From: Nitrospirota bacterium | Lineage (GTDB): Bacteria > Nitrospirota > UBA9217 | DNA: 64,000 nucleotides | NCBI GenBank assembly: GCA_963754875.1 | Contig: CAVWHO010000022.1 | Location: 64,001-128,000, forward strand | Reading direction: 5' to 3' | Part shown: positions 51,535-63,161 of the stretch, in pieces | How the letters are laid out: the number at the start of each line of letters is the position of its first letter | Numbering within the stretch: position 1 is the stretch's first letter | The notes under the pieces: model-generated | What the model was told of the DNA's origin: nothing | Database searches by the model: none | What the model saw: only the letters and a program-made list of their open reading frames with translations | Made by a program: the position numbers and the translations under genes

Positions 51535-53406
51535 TTATTCAATAAACCCGAGCTTTATTTCCTCATCACTCGTGGTTACATTTTCCGCAACCGGCGGATA
51601 TCCGTCGAGCGCCGGAAGCGGCGCGTCAGTCTGCGCAGCTGCAACATGCTCCTTGCCGATCTTGAATCTGTTGATGGCTTCGTTGAGACGTTTGGTAAGA
51701 TCAGCAAGGTTGTTGATGGTGGCAACCGTGTCCTGAACGCCGAGGGTCGTTTCCTGGGTCAGATTGGAAATAGTGTCCATGGTATTCACCACGCTCGAAG
51801 TCGACTGTACCTGGTCGGCAGCTGCCCGGGTAATGTCCGTCATGAGGGTGGCCGTCTGTTTAACGATCTGTTCAATTTCGCGGAGCGCAGCGCCAGCCTG
51901 GTCGGCAAGCTTGGTACCTTCCTCCACCTCGCGGGTACCTTCTTCCATGACCGTCACGGCTTCACTCGTCTCTACCTGGATACCCTTGATCAGGCCCGTA
52001 ATATCTTTCGTTGCGCGGGCGGCCCTTTCGGCGAGTTTTCTCACCTCGTCGGCGACCACGGCAAAACCCCTGCCCTGCTCGCCGGCACGGGCGGCTTCGA
52101 TTGCGGCATTTAAGGCGAGCAGGTTCGTCTGCGTCGCGATTTCATTGATCACTTCGATGATGGCGCCGATTTCCAGCGACCTCTCGCCGAGGCCTTTGAT
52201 TTTCTTCCCCGTTGACTGCACCGTCGCGCGAATCCGTTGCATGCCCTTGATCGTTTCCGTCACGGCTGCGCCACCTTTGACGGCAGCCTGCGTCGCCTTC
52301 ACCGAGGTCTGCGTAGCGGCCTCGGCGTTCTCGACCATGCGTTGGGTCGTACGGGACATGGCATTCACGGCTTCAGAGGCGTTCCGGATCTGCGATGCCT
52401 GCTGTTCGGCACCCATGCGCATGCCGTCGGCTGACCGGAGAATGTCTCCCGCAGACCGCTGAATTTCAGTTGCCACATTGCTTGCATGGGTAACGAGTGT
52501 GGTAAGACCGGTGATCATGAGGTTGAATGCGTCTGCCACGGACCCCAGTGCGTCGGCGGTCACTTCGGCCTTAATTGTGAGGTCCCCTTCGGCAGCCGTA
52601 CTCACCACGGAGAGCAGATCCATAACCTGGTGCTGCATTTTATCCCGGTCGGACTCTGTCTGAATGAGGCCCTGAAGCCTATCGATCGTCCTGTTCAGTG
52701 TATCACCCAACTGGCCCAGTTCGTCAGCAGTCTTCACGGTCGCCTTTTTCGATAGATCGCCTCGGCCGAGGGCTTCTGCCACTCTCATGAGGTCCTTCAC
52801 AGGAGCAATCGTAATGGCGGAAAGGATAAGGGTCAACACCGACAGAATGATGAGTGCTATGACACCGACGCCCATAATGTACATGAGAAGGTTCCTGATA
52901 TTGGACTTGATGAGCGTCATGTTAAGGCCCACATGCACCGTTCCCAACGTCCCTCCGGCAATGGGTGAGGCAATATCAATGACTTCGATAGTGCTGTCTC
53001 TGAAAGTAATGAGCGCGGGTTGCGTCCCAAAGGGGACTCCCGGCTTCAGGACATTGATGTTCTGGAGCGGTCCCGGTATTATGTTTCCTTCGAAGGAGGA
53101 GGACAATACGCGTCCCCTGCCATCCCGAATGAAGCAGTACGCCACTTCTGGCTGGCTGATGGCCTCCCCCTGGATAAACTGAAGAGCGTTGAGATCTTCA
53201 ACCTGAACCGGTTCAACGGCCTTGACGCTGAGACCGTCGGCCACGATGAGCGTTTTGTTGATCGCTTCGTCTCTCAGGGTGTTCTGGATCTGGAGATAGA
53301 TGAACCCCAGTATGCCGGCTCCGAAGACCGCCGACATGCTGACGATCATGAGGACGATTTTTGTTCTGATGCTCATCCGATAGAATGGGTTCCATGTCAT
53401 CTTCAT
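51535..53406 (-). CDS. Methyl-accepting chemotaxis protein (PilJ-like)
   Basis: 2 [37 protein letters not shown]. Confidence 0.95.
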   Translation of the reverse strand: MKMTWNPFYRMSIRTKIVLMIVSMSAVFGAGILGFIYLQIQNTLRDEAINKTLIVADGLSVKAVEPVQVEDLNALQFIQGEAISQPEVAYCFIRDGRGRVLSSSFEGNIIPGPLQNINVLKPGVPFGTQPALITFRDSTIEVIDIASPIAGGTLGTVHVGLNMTLIKSNIRNLLMYIMGVGVIALIILSVLTLILSAITIAPVKDLMRVAEALGRGDLSKKATVKTADELGQLGDTLNRTIDRLQGLIQTESDRDKMQHQVMDLLSVVSTAAEGDLTIKAEVTADALGSVADAFNLMITGLTTLVTHASNVATEIQRSAGDILRSADGMRMGAEQQASQIRNASEAVNAMSRTTQRMVENAEAATQTSVKATQAAVKGGAAVTETIKGMQRIRATVQSTGKKIKGLGERSLEIGAIIEVINEIATQTNLLALNAAIEAARAGEQGRGFAVVADEVRKLAERAARATKDITGLIKGIQVETSEAVTVMEEGTREVEEGTKLADQAGAALREIEQIVKQTATLMTDITRAAADQVQSTSSVVNTMDTISNLTQETTLGVQDTVATINNLADLTKRLNEAINRFKIGKEHVAAAQTDAPLPALDGYPPVAENVTTSDEEIKLGFIE

Positions 53407-53491
53407 AGTTCTGCTCCTTTAAAAAAAGTGTCGTGTTTAGCGCCGTAAGACCGAATGCACGCAGCGCGACGATAATTCCCGCTCGCCGCCC

Positions 53492-53986
53492 TCATGTGAG
53501 TTTGATCTCATCCAATACCCGTTCTATGTTCAGAAGAGCCGCCACGCCGGTCTCGCGCTGAATGATACCTTTGAAAAAACGGCTGCGGTTTTTGACGCCG
53601 GACAACCCGCTCGAATCGGCAGGAATCGCCTGTATGCTGCTTTCCTGCACCGCAAGCACTGTGGCAACATTGTCAACGGATATCCCGAGCATGATGGCAC
53701 CATGTTTGATGATGGCAATCTGGCCGAGCGCTGACTGTTGCGGCAGGGAGAGCGCCGTGCGGATATCAACAATGGGAACAATGCTGCCACGAAGGTTGAT
53801 GACGCCGAGAACATGAGGTGGGGTGGTCGGGATAGGAAAAATTTTCTGGGGGATGATGATCTCCAGCAGCAACTCGACCGGAATGGCATAGGTGTCTTCC
53901 CCTATGCTGAAGAGGCAAATGCGAGTTTCCTCCTCCGGCATTACATCTATCACTTCGGCGGTGACGTCGCTGTCAAATTCGGCCAA
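53492..53986 (-). CDS. cheW: CheW-like protein (PilI position)
   Basis: GVINLRGSIVPIVD. Confidence 0.9.
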   Translation of the reverse strand: MAEFDSDVTAEVIDVMPEEETRICLFSIGEDTYAIPVELLLEIIIPQKIFPIPTTPPHVLGVINLRGSIVPIVDIRTALSLPQQSALGQIAIIKHGAIMLGISVDNVATVLAVQESSIQAIPADSSGLSGVKNRSRFFKGIIQRETGVAALLNIERVLDEIKLT

Positions 53987-54004
53987 ACGAGCCCCCTCCA
54001 GGAA

Positions 54005-54364
54005 TCAGATGTATTTTTTAACCGCCTTCAGCAGATCTTCGGGCTTGAACGGCTTGGTTAAATACTCATCCGCACCCTGTTTCATACCCCAAAACTTGTC
54101 GCTTTCCTGGTCTTTCGATGTTACCATAATAACGGGAATATTTTTATACTGATCATTTGTTTTTATATCCCTGCAAACCTGAAACCCATTTTTTTTGGGC
54201 ATGATTACATCCAGGATTACGAGATCTATTTTTTCTGCCTTCACTTTTTCTTCAGCGGCTTCTCCATCCATGACGGTTACGATGGTATGACCCGTAGACG
54301 AAAGCGCTTGCTGAAAAATCTGAAGCTCCGCCAAACTGTCATCGGCAATGAGTATTTTGGCCAT
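54005..54364 (-). CDS. pilH: PilH-like single-domain response regulator
   Basis: LDVIMPKKNGFQVCR...TSKDQESDKFWGMKQGA. Confidence 0.85.
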   Translation of the reverse strand: MAKILIADDSLAELQIFQQALSSTGHTIVTVMDGEAAEEKVKAEKIDLVILDVIMPKKNGFQVCRDIKTNDQYKNIPVIMVTSKDQESDKFWGMKQGADEYLTKPFKPEDLLKAVKKYI

Positions 54365-54492
54365 TCTTGTCTCCTTTTCCCCCATGGTAACAGATAGTGA
54401 AAATTAACACAATTCTTTGGTAGTGTCAAGTTTTCTTTTGATTTTCTTTGTGTTAGCTGTTAGTATTCGCCCCACCAAAGCCCTCGCCATGC

Positions 54493-55806
54493 TCATTTCT
54501 TTCTTCTGATTAAATTTACCGAGAGCAGGATGAACATGCTCTTCACTACTTCAAATTCTCCAATGCAGAGAGTGTCTATTATATTTTGGATCGTCCGTTT
54601 TCCGTCGACATAGCGAAACACGCTGAGGTCGATATCGCTCATGCCGCGTGTCGTGAGCTCTTCGGCATTGCTGATAATGGGTTCGAACACGGCGTCGAAA
54701 TGAGGAATCTTTTGTTGGATCAGGCTCCATTCGTCGGCCCGGCGAGCGCCCTCCAGGAGCAAATCGTCCACTTTCAGCTGTACTGGATTGGCAAACACGG
54801 GCGGCATCGCCTTTTCGAAAAAGAACTCACCGTCTTTCCAAGCCATGATTTTGTAAACTGCGGATTCCGTATGCCGCCTGAGACAGTCCGAAAAGGTCTT
54901 TGAGTCGAGTAATCTTTCCTGGGCAAGCACACGATCAATGGGCTGTGAGGTCATTTCTGCTATCCGCAGTACATGCCGAAAACTGTCATCCTGCAGCCTG
55001 CAGGTTTTTTTCAGCAAACCTTCGAGCCAGGCCTTATTTCCTGCGACCATCGATGATGCAAAAACAACGAACCCGTCCTTGAAATATACTTCTACTGCAT
55101 CTCCCAGTGAACGCTTGATGGCCAGCCTGCCCGTCTGGCGCTGCAAACCGAGCATCTGAAGAACCTCCACGATCCGAACGCTCGCCAGGTTGCCCTGAAT
55201 GCCGGCGTTTTCCGCATGCTGCGGTTTTTCCAGTTCCTTCCTGATCAGTTCGGGTAACGTGGTCTTTATGAACTCAGCGAGAACATGATCGACAATCGAT
55301 CGCACCGTGGCTTCTATTCCGCTTCCCGTAGGTACAGGGCTGATGCCCGATGGCTGCTGTTCTATTGCGGCTCGCGACTCTCGAGCAGGAGCTTTCGCCG
55401 GCTCCCTAGGGGGAAGAGGCTGTGCGGCCGCTTGTCTCTTGTCGATCACTTCCCGTATTTTGGCCAGAAGCTCTTCCGGTTGAAATGGCTTAGTGAAGTA
55501 TTCGGTAATGCCGAGGACATCGACAAACTTGCTGCCGACCTTATCTCCCTTGGACGTGACAAGGATGATCGGAGTGTCGCGAAAATCGGGGTCTTCCTTT
55601 AGCGTCTTGCAGACTTGGAACCCGTTCATCTTTGGCATGACGAAGTCTACCAGAATCACCGCCGGCCGCTCTTCTCGAGCCTTGACTATGCCCTCCTCCC
55701 CGTCAGATGCGAGGACGACCTGATATCCCTGCGAGGAGAGGATCATCTCGATGAGCCGCTGGACCGTCGGACTGTCGTCAATATCGAGGATTTTTTCCCC
55801 GGCCAT
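54493..55806 (-). CDS. Response regulator with REC and DUF4388/PatA-like domain (PilG position)
   Basis: REC plus GNL...VLQML...WKDGEFFF...LLLEGARRADEW. Confidence 0.85.
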   Translation of the reverse strand: MAGEKILDIDDSPTVQRLIEMILSSQGYQVVLASDGEEGIVKAREERPAVILVDFVMPKMNGFQVCKTLKEDPDFRDTPIILVTSKGDKVGSKFVDVLGITEYFTKPFQPEELLAKIREVIDKRQAAAQPLPPREPAKAPARESRAAIEQQPSGISPVPTGSGIEATVRSIVDHVLAEFIKTTLPELIRKELEKPQHAENAGIQGNLASVRIVEVLQMLGLQRQTGRLAIKRSLGDAVEVYFKDGFVVFASSMVAGNKAWLEGLLKKTCRLQDDSFRHVLRIAEMTSQPIDRVLAQERLLDSKTFSDCLRRHTESAVYKIMAWKDGEFFFEKAMPPVFANPVQLKVDDLLLEGARRADEWSLIQQKIPHFDAVFEPIISNAEELTTRGMSDIDLSVFRYVDGKRTIQNIIDTLCIGEFEVVKSMFILLSVNLIRRKK

Positions 55807-55946
55807 CAATACCCCCAAGGTGCAAACGTGTAAATACTAACATGGTGTAAAAGCCATTGTCAACAGCATAAACCGTTCGCGTAAAGAAAAAACGGTCGGA
55901 GGCCCTCCTCCTGTGACAGCGAACTCGGACCGATTGCACGGGGGTG

Positions 55947-57137
55947 CTACAGGCGTACGGCAATCTGGTCAAGGAATTCCTCGGTCCGCGCATAGGTTGC
56001 CGCTTTCGGCTCTGCAATGGCCGCAAGGTCTTTTGTCATGATTCCACCCTCGATTGCTGCTATCACCACCGATTCGAGCCTGCGGGCAAACTGTACCACT
56101 TCCGGTGTCCCATCGAGCTCGCCCCGCCGCGCGATCGCTCCGGTCCAGGCGAAGATTGAGGCCACGGAATTCGTTGACGTGGGGTTTCCCTTGAGGTGTT
56201 CGTAGTAATGACGCATAACGGTGCCGTGGGCCGCCTCGTACAGATATTTGCCTGCTGGCGATACCAGCACTGAAGTCATGAGCCCCAGGCTGCCGAAACC
56301 TGCAGCGACCATGTCACTCATAACATCGCCGTCATAATTCATGCAGGCCCACAGCATGCCGCCTTCGGCCTTCATAATCTGCGCCACTGCGTCGTCGATC
56401 AGCATGTAGCGGTATTTCACCCCGTTTTTTTCGAGATCTGCGTTGCGTACCTTAACCTCATGGTCGAAGACTTCTTTAAAAAACCCATGGTACGTTTTCG
56501 ATATGGTGTCCTTGGCACCGAACCACAGCTCGCACTTTTCACCAATCGCATAATTGATGCAGGCTTGCGCAAAGCTCCGGATCGATTTCTCCGTATTGTG
56601 CATGCCCATGATGACGCCCGGCCCTTTGAAGTCGTGGATGGAAAGATAGGTGCGCTCACCGGACGCGGAGGTGAACGCCAGTTCCGCTTTTCCCGGACCG
56701 GGGACCTTAAACTCCACCGATTTGTAGATGTCGCCGTAAGCGTGCCTGCCGATACTAATCGGTTTCTTCCAACTTCGCACAGCCGGCGGGATGTTCTTCA
56801 CAAGAATGGGTTTTCTGAAAACCGTGCCGTCGAGTATCGAACGGATCGTTGCATTCGGGCTCTTCCATGCCTGCTTGAGGTTGTATTCCTTCACCCGCGC
56901 CGCATTCGGCGTGATGGTTGCACATTTTACGCCTACCCCGCACTCGTTGACTGCATTGGCCGCATCGACCGTCACCTGATCGTCCGTATCGTCCCGATGC
57001 TTGACACCGAGATCGTAATATTTCAGGTCCATCGCGAGGTGAGGGAAGAGCAACTTCTCTTTGATCATCTTCCAGATGATCCGGGTCATTTCATCTCCGT
57101 CCATCTCTGCAATAGGGCCTTTAACTTTAATTGTCAC
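55947..57137 (-). CDS. icd: NADP-dependent isocitrate dehydrogenase
   Basis: [31 protein letters not shown] start after AAGGAG. Confidence 0.95.
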   Translation of the reverse strand: MTIKVKGPIAEMDGDEMTRIIWKMIKEKLLFPHLAMDLKYYDLGVKHRDDTDDQVTVDAANAVNECGVGVKCATITPNAARVKEYNLKQAWKSPNATIRSILDGTVFRKPILVKNIPPAVRSWKKPISIGRHAYGDIYKSVEFKVPGPGKAELAFTSASGERTYLSIHDFKGPGVIMGMHNTEKSIRSFAQACINYAIGEKCELWFGAKDTISKTYHGFFKEVFDHEVKVRNADLEKNGVKYRYMLIDDAVAQIMKAEGGMLWACMNYDGDVMSDMVAAGFGSLGLMTSVLVSPAGKYLYEAAHGTVMRHYYEHLKGNPTSTNSVASIFAWTGAIARRGELDGTPEVVQFARRLESVVIAAIEGGIMTKDLAAIAEPKAATYARTEEFLDQIAVRL

Positions 57138-57716
57138 ATTTATCTCCTTGTGGGCCAGACATTGACAAACTTTTTGCTGAGCTTGCGGGATTTTAATTCG
57201 AGTCGCTAGAATTGTCAACAAAACAATCGGTTCGAACAAAAATTGCGAGAGCACATTTCGAAAATTGCTGCATTTCTCGCAAAACTGTACCTGCCACTCG
57301 GTCTGCTTTTTTTTATACAAATCGCTACTTTATTAAGCTTGAGGACAATGTCGCGTCTTGTCAACCCGTTAATTGGTTTTGCTCGTTTTTGATATTTCGT
57401 TAGTTAGAGCTCTGTAAGTTTTACAGATTTTAAAAAATATGAGATTTTCCAAAACAGAACTCAGCCGGTACCGGTACGATCGATCCTTCCCAATATCGTG
57501 TTTAAATTCAGCAATAAGGACGTCTTCGGAAACGTCATGGATACATCGGTTGACGAGTTTGGCAGGATATCACAGATTGTGTAAAGGAATACAGGAGTGA
57601 CTGTTGTTCAAAAAGTGTGCCGTCCCTTTTTCTGCTCCTGACGTCCGCTGCGTCACTACCTACTTCGCAAAGCCTACAAAAAACAACGTACTTGGTCCTG
57701 AGGCGTCATGCAAGAA

Positions 57717-58769
57717 TCAGGGAACGTCAGCAGACTCAATTGTTCCGCCGGCCACAACAACGTCCCCGTCATAGAACACTGCTGCCTGACCGGGACACAC
57801 TCCTTTCACAGACTGCTCGAACGTAACACCCACGGTCTTTTTTCCAACGGATTCTATCGTTGCCGGAACGAATGGGGAGCGGTACCGGATCTTTGCAGCA
57901 ACCTTCATCGAAGAACGCAACGAATCGATGGAAATGAAATTCGGGTCCGATACGAGCATGCGGCATGTTTCCAGATCGTTCAGTCTCCCGAGAACAACCC
58001 GGTTCGTGTCCGGCTCGATCCTGACGACATAGAGCCGCTCGCCGGCAGCAACGCCGAGATGCCGCCGCTGGCCCACGGTAAAGAATGCAATGCCGTCATG
58101 CGTGCCCAAAACCGTCCCATCGGTCAGGACCAGCTCTCCGGGTCTGAGCGTCTCCGGCGCGTGCTCTCGTAAGAAAGAACGGTAATCGTTGTCAAGAACA
58201 AAACAGATCTCCTGGCTCTCCGGCCGCTCTGCAGCGGGAAGCGTCATCTCGCGCGCAAGCGCTCGAACATCGGCCTTACGCATGCTTCCGAGCGGCAACA
58301 GCACGTGCCCCATCTGTTCTTGCGTCAAACGATAGAGAAAGTAACTCTGGTCTTTTCCCGCATCGATCCCTTTTTTCAGAAGATAGCGGGACGATTGGCG
58401 GTCCCGTTCAATGCGCGCGTAATGACCGGTAGCGAGATAATCAAAGCCGTTCATCCGGGCGTACCCGAGGAGGAGATGAAACTTGACAAGGTCGTTGCAC
58501 TTGATGCAGGGATTCGGCGTGCGGCCCCGGAGGTACTCGGAAATAAAGTCGCTGATAATGGTCCGGGAAAATTCGGCTTGCGCATCGATCATGCGGTGGG
58601 GAATTCGCAAGTGATGGCACACGGCCTCGGCCGATCCGATGTCGCAACACAATCCGGCGGTCAGCTTCATGGTGACGCCTTCCACCACGAACCCCTGCTT
58701 CTGCAGGAGCGCGGCGGTCACCGAGCTGTCAACGCCCCCACTCATGGCTACGAGAACACGCTTTGTCAT
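57717..58769 (-). CDS. mnmA: tRNA 2-thiouridylase
   Basis: AMSGGVDS, TPNPC, ATGHY, KDQSY, GQAAV. Confidence 0.96.
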   Translation of the reverse strand: MTKRVLVAMSGGVDSSVTAALLQKQGFVVEGVTMKLTAGLCCDIGSAEAVCHHLRIPHRMIDAQAEFSRTIISDFISEYLRGRTPNPCIKCNDLVKFHLLLGYARMNGFDYLATGHYARIERDRQSSRYLLKKGIDAGKDQSYFLYRLTQEQMGHVLLPLGSMRKADVRALAREMTLPAAERPESQEICFVLDNDYRSFLREHAPETLRPGELVLTDGTVLGTHDGIAFFTVGQRRHLGVAAGERLYVVRIEPDTNRVVLGRLNDLETCRMLVSDPNFISIDSLRSSMKVAAKIRYRSPFVPATIESVGKKTVGVTFEQSVKGVCPGQAAVFYDGDVVVAGGTIESADVP

Positions 58770-58919
58770 GGCTTTTATAAACAGGATACTATTGAAACGC
58801 AGGGGCGCAACGGCTGGAGGGCGAGAGGAGAAGCATATAATGAATTGAAGGGTATGTTCTGCATCATCGACCTTCGCTCTACTCAATCCGGGATTTTCGC
58901 GGTTCCCTTCGCAGCAATC

Positions 58920-59636
58920 TTACGCCTTCCTCCACTTTAACACCAGCAGCGACAGCGATCCGAGCATGAACAGAACACCGCCTATAAGCGCCCAGGCAGC
59001 GCCAGGGTCTTTTACGATGAGCAGAATCGCCGCCGGACCTCCGTCAAAGTTCAGGCTCTTGAGATAGATCCCGACCCCGTCGTAGAACAATGGCGTATTC
59101 GGTCCAAGCCTGCCGGATTTCACAACCTGATTATTTTCATACAGAGAGGCCTCTGCAGTCCCGTCTTGCATCGCGCCTTGAACGTTGGTCTGGACGAAGA
59201 TGTGCTCCAGACGCAGGGCCTTGTCCTCGGGCAACGGCGCATATGCGCCCTCGGGCATGACGCCTGAAAGCCTGTATCCCCAGAATGCGCTGAGCAGATG
59301 GGCAATAATGATAAGGAGAAACCCTATATGGATTACCTGCGGAGAAATATGGAGAAAAAAATCAGTGCGGGTCCACTGCGCGTTGATGGCCTGCATGCTG
59401 CAGACGATCGTGTTGATCGTGAGCAGCGCGAGTGCCGCCACCGCCGCAAGAAACCACCACGTGTACCAGAGAGAGTCCGGAACGGTGTGCTTGACCCAGC
59501 TGAAGAGAACGTCGTCGTTCATCGACGAGAAGATCTCACGATGCATCGGCATCATATAAGAACCAATGAAGAAAAAGCAGATGAGAGCGGACAACGTCCA
59601 GACTGTCGTCTTGAGCGAAAGGAAAAAGTTTTTCAT
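58920..59636 (-). CDS. resB: ResB/Ccs1-like cytochrome c biogenesis protein
   Basis: TM helices, NTIVC, VIHIGF, KDPG; adjacent to ccsA. Confidence 0.75.
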   Translation of the reverse strand: MKNFFLSLKTTVWTLSALICFFFIGSYMMPMHREIFSSMNDDVLFSWVKHTVPDSLWYTWWFLAAVAALALLTINTIVCSMQAINAQWTRTDFFLHISPQVIHIGFLLIIIAHLLSAFWGYRLSGVMPEGAYAPLPEDKALRLEHIFVQTNVQGAMQDGTAEASLYENNQVVKSGRLGPNTPLFYDGVGIYLKSLNFDGGPAAILLIVKDPGAAWALIGGVLFMLGSLSLLVLKWRKA

Positions 59637-59777
59637 AGTGGCGTCGTAACGGCAGAGAAACACAGATACGCGATTAAGAAAAAACAGGAATGTTCATTCT
59701 CCGTACTTGAGGATTAGTTCTCTGCCTCAGTTATGGAGATCCATTGTACCGGTATCCCCCCGAATTGCTTTTTCTTG

Positions 59778-60482
59778 TTAAAACTCATGCGAACTTTTCA
59801 TCAGAAGCCCTACGCCGACATAGGTAAACATCACGATTGCAAAACCAATGGTCCCCATCCATGTCACTTTCGTGCCGCTCCATCCGCGCACAAGCCGCGC
59901 ATGCAAATAGAGACTGTAATATAACCATATGATCGTTGTCCACAGCTCCTTGGGTGTCCAGAGCCAATAGGTGCCCCAAGCGTAGTAAGCCCAGATTCCG
60001 CCGAAGATCATGGCACAGGAGAATAGGACGTATCCGAGAAGAAGACTACGGTACTGTTTGATCTCATCGGAGGACTGTTCATCCCCATATTGCGCGTGTA
60101 TCCCGAAAAAAGCGCCAATGGCGAACAGGGCATAGGCAATGAATGACAGAATAACATGGAGCTCAAACCATATCGTTTTCAGCACCGGTGGCAGTGGCCC
60201 GCCCATGGAAGGTGACAGGTGTGAACCTGCCAGCAGGAGCAGGATCATCGTGATTGTAAGCGATGTAAAGAGATCTCGCTTTCGGTTCCAACCGGCAATG
60301 CCATAAATAAGCCCGACAGCAAGAGCGAGGAACCCGAGCGTTTCGTGAAGGCCGATGAGCGGAACTCTTCCGTATCGCACTGCCGTCTGTGCAATGAGTG
60401 CGGCGTGCAATCCTAGCGCCGGCAATACAAGCCGCGGTGCGATGAGTGCGAGAGGATAGAGTATGAAGAGAATATTTTCCAT
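59778..60482 (-). CDS. ccsA: Cytochrome c biogenesis protein CcsA
   Basis: WWD-domain motif GIWAYYAWGTYWLWTPKE, YLHAR. Confidence 0.9.
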   Translation of the reverse strand: MENILFILYPLALIAPRLVLPALGLHAALIAQTAVRYGRVPLIGLHETLGFLALAVGLIYGIAGWNRKRDLFTSLTITMILLLLAGSHLSPSMGGPLPPVLKTIWFELHVILSFIAYALFAIGAFFGIHAQYGDEQSSDEIKQYRSLLLGYVLFSCAMIFGGIWAYYAWGTYWLWTPKELWTTIIWLYYSLYLHARLVRGWSGTKVTWMGTIGFAIVMFTYVGVGLLMKSSHEF

Positions 60483-60636
60483 AGATTGAAAGTCATCAGC
60501 CTGTGCCTGCGGCATCCCATCTCTTGCCATTCAGGCAGGACGGTAGCGCAACGGATCAACTGCGCTAAAGACGCAAAAGGCATCCCGGATTTCCGGAATG
60601 CCTTTATCGTTGAACTAGAACACAAATTGGCGGATA

Positions 60637-60924
60637 CTATTTCTTGCCGAGGATGGCCTCTTTTGCTGCCTTGGCCACTCGGAACTTCACAACTTTCTTG
60701 GCCGGGATCTTTATGGCCTCGCCCGTCTGAGGGTTCCTGCCCATGCGAGCCTTACGCTGGACAAGCACGAGTTTGCCGAGACCGGGAAGTGTGAAGGCAT
60801 TCTTTGCTTCCTTGTACGCTAGCGCTGCGATGTCTTCCAAGATCTGTACTGCGAGCTTCTTCTTGATGTCTGCCTTCTTCGCGACGTGGTCCGCTATCTG
60901 AGACTTCGTCATGGCTTTTGCCAT
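60637..60924 (-). CDS. hup: HU-family DNA-binding protein
   Basis: RKARMGRNPQTGEAIKIPAKKVVKF. Confidence 0.95.
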   Translation of the reverse strand: MAKAMTKSQIADHVAKKADIKKKLAVQILEDIAALAYKEAKNAFTLPGLGKLVLVQRKARMGRNPQTGEAIKIPAKKVVKFRVAKAAKEAILGKK

Positions 60925-61374
60925 AAAAATCCCTCCTTGAAGAAATAAATTAAAATTTCTAACTGCGCAGAGCAGGTTAGTGCTCTTTGTTGGGGGAAAG
61001 TATATACACTCTATTTTAAAATAGCAAGTGAAATTTTGAAATTTCTATGGGTATATTTGGGGTATACTTTTTTTAAGCGCGTCCGGACTGCACGAATGCG
61101 TTTTTCTTCGCATGAAGATCCTTGAGACGCCCCCACAGGTTGTCTTAACCTGCCCTTTTTTTCATTCCAACCATCACACGAAGTTTAGCATGCCCGAAAC
61201 CACGTCAAAGCCGAAGCATCATATCTGTCTTGTATGCCGTAGAGGAGGCGATACCCAAAACCTGCCGTCTTTTCTTACGTGTTTGACGGCATTCTTTTCG
61301 CTGTTGACTTAAAAGCCGTGTTTGTGATAATTTATGGCTATCGTAGAAGTTCATTTTTATCAGGAGGCACGGTC

Positions 61375-61500
61375 ATGGCAACGAAAACTAATTTTATTCT
61401 GAAGGTTCAGGACGCAAAACTGGCTGACGTTCAAAAGGCGCTCAAGGATGCCAACATCAACGTCGTAAGTATTCTGGAAGTTCACAAGGAAGAAGTGTAA
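61375..61500 (+). CDS. 41-aa hypothetical protein
   Basis: AGGAGG RBS; MATKTNFILKVQDAKLADVQKALKDANINVVSILEVHKEEV. Confidence 0.65.
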   Translation: MATKTNFILKVQDAKLADVQKALKDANINVVSILEVHKEEV

Positions 61501-61656
61501 AAACTTCTACCCTGCTTCTGTTGAGGAGGAGTTCTTCCTCGCGACTACAGGAAACCCGAAGCAATGCATCACGGATCTCCAGCCCTTATTAATAAAGTGG
61601 ACTGATAGCATCACCCCCCGCATAATCTGCTATACTTAAAATGTAGAAACCATGAC

Positions 61657-61920
61657 ATGAAAACTACGCTCACGGATCTTGAAAATGTGGCAAAAGCCCT
61701 GTCGATTAAAGTGTCCTATGACGACCTGAAAACATCGAAGGGCGGCTCGTGCAGGGTCATGGAGACACGTCGGATCATCATTAACAAACATCTCCAAAAC
61801 AGCGAGAAAATTAATCTCCTGGCTAAGGAGCTCGGCAATTTCGATCTTGGCGGTCTTGATATGCCTGCCAACGTAAGAAAAAAAATCGAACAGGAAATAG
61901 AACAGCGAACTGAAGCTTGA
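61657..61920 (+). CDS. Hypothetical protein
   Basis: 87-aa ORF with protein-like composition (GGSCRV...IIINK). Confidence 0.65.
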   Translation: MKTTLTDLENVAKALSIKVSYDDLKTSKGGSCRVMETRRIIINKHLQNSEKINLLAKELGNFDLGGLDMPANVRKKIEQEIEQRTEA

Positions 61921-61980
61921 AGAGCGGCCTGCCTCCAATCGACCGGCCACTGCTCGGTTTTTCAGGAGGGGAGGCGGTGT

Positions 61981-62493
61981 ATGAGGCGTATGAAAAGACT
62001 CGCAATCGTGTTCGGAATTTCGCTGCTTATCCAAGGTTGCACGTATGCCATTTCTCCTGAAATGGTCGATCAGTCCGATAGAACCCTCACTTTCCGGCAA
62101 CTGCAAGCGGATCCTGACACCTTCAAAGGCAAAATTATCATCCTCGGCGGAATCATCGCCCAAACCAGCAATACAAAGCAGGGCACGGTAATCGAGATTG
62201 TCGAAAAGCCTCTTGATTACTGGGGCAAACCAAAACGCACCGACAAGACCGAGGGCAGATTTCTCGTCGTGCATGTCGGCTCCCTTGATCCTATGATCTA
62301 CGCGCCGGGCAGAGAGATAACCGTTGCGGCCGAAATCGAGGGTACGCGCAGTAAAGCGCTTGGAGAAATAGAGTATAATTATCCTGTCGTAGTTGCAAAA
62401 GAGTTGAAACTTTGGGAACGCGAGCGCCAATCATGGGATAGACCGCAGTGGATCGATCCGCTTTACGATCCTTACAGCCCTGCACGGCCATGA
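61981..62493 (+). CDS. Slp-family outer-membrane lipoprotein
   Basis: Lipobox IQGC; GGII...PLD...GRF...LDPMIY. Confidence 0.88.
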   Translation: MRRMKRLAIVFGISLLIQGCTYAISPEMVDQSDRTLTFRQLQADPDTFKGKIIILGGIIAQTSNTKQGTVIEIVEKPLDYWGKPKRTDKTEGRFLVVHVGSLDPMIYAPGREITVAAEIEGTRSKALGEIEYNYPVVVAKELKLWERERQSWDRPQWIDPLYDPYSPARP

Positions 62494-62527
62494 GTGGTGA
62501 CGACGTCGCGTGGCAAGTGAGGCCGTC

Positions 62528-63031
62528 ATGGTCAAGCAAACCTGTCATCTATTGGCAATAAGCTTTCTGCTTGCGGCAGGAGGAGGGATTGCCGGATGTG
62601 CACCGGTATTTCCGAAGGAAGTAACGGATCACATAGATCGGCACGTTTCTTTTAAAGAACTCCAAAGCGATCCCGAAAAATTCAAAGGCACTTGGCTCAT
62701 GCTCGGGGGCGTCATCGTTTCGTCAAGAAATGTGAAAGAAGGGACGCTCATGGAAGTATTAGAAATGCCCCTGGATAGCAACGGCAGGCCGCTCGAAACA
62801 GACAAAACATTCGGACGCTTTCTCGTTGACTCAGACCAGTTTCTTGATTCTGCCGTGTATCACCGGGAACGGCTGGTCACCATTGTGGGGGAAGTGATTG
62901 GACAAAAGACAATGCCTCTCGACGAAATAATGTATCAGTATCCGCTCCTGAGAGTCAAAGCCCTGCACCTGTGGAGTCCGGCATCTGGCCCGCATTTTTT
63001 CTTCGGCATCGGAGTGTCGGGTCGGATGTAG
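62528..63031 (+). CDS. Slp-family outer-membrane lipoprotein (tandem paralogue)
   Basis: IAGC lipobox; same motifs as the upstream gene. Confidence 0.88.
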   Translation: MVKQTCHLLAISFLLAAGGGIAGCAPVFPKEVTDHIDRHVSFKELQSDPEKFKGTWLMLGGVIVSSRNVKEGTLMEVLEMPLDSNGRPLETDKTFGRFLVDSDQFLDSAVYHRERLVTIVGEVIGQKTMPLDEIMYQYPLLRVKALHLWSPASGPHFFFGIGVSGRM

Positions 63032-63161
63032 AAGATGGAGTCTATTGCATATACATGATCTAGCGAATCCATGATCGGGCGAGGGGGTGTGTTGTCTCCC
63101 CTTCCCTCGTTTTTTCCCGCTTCTTTCTTTCCGCAATGACAGTACGCGAACGAGGTCTTTC

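Noticed and set aside
57140..57715. ncRNA or gene in the long icd-mnmA intergenic region
   Set aside because: No convincing ORF, terminator pair or known RNA motif
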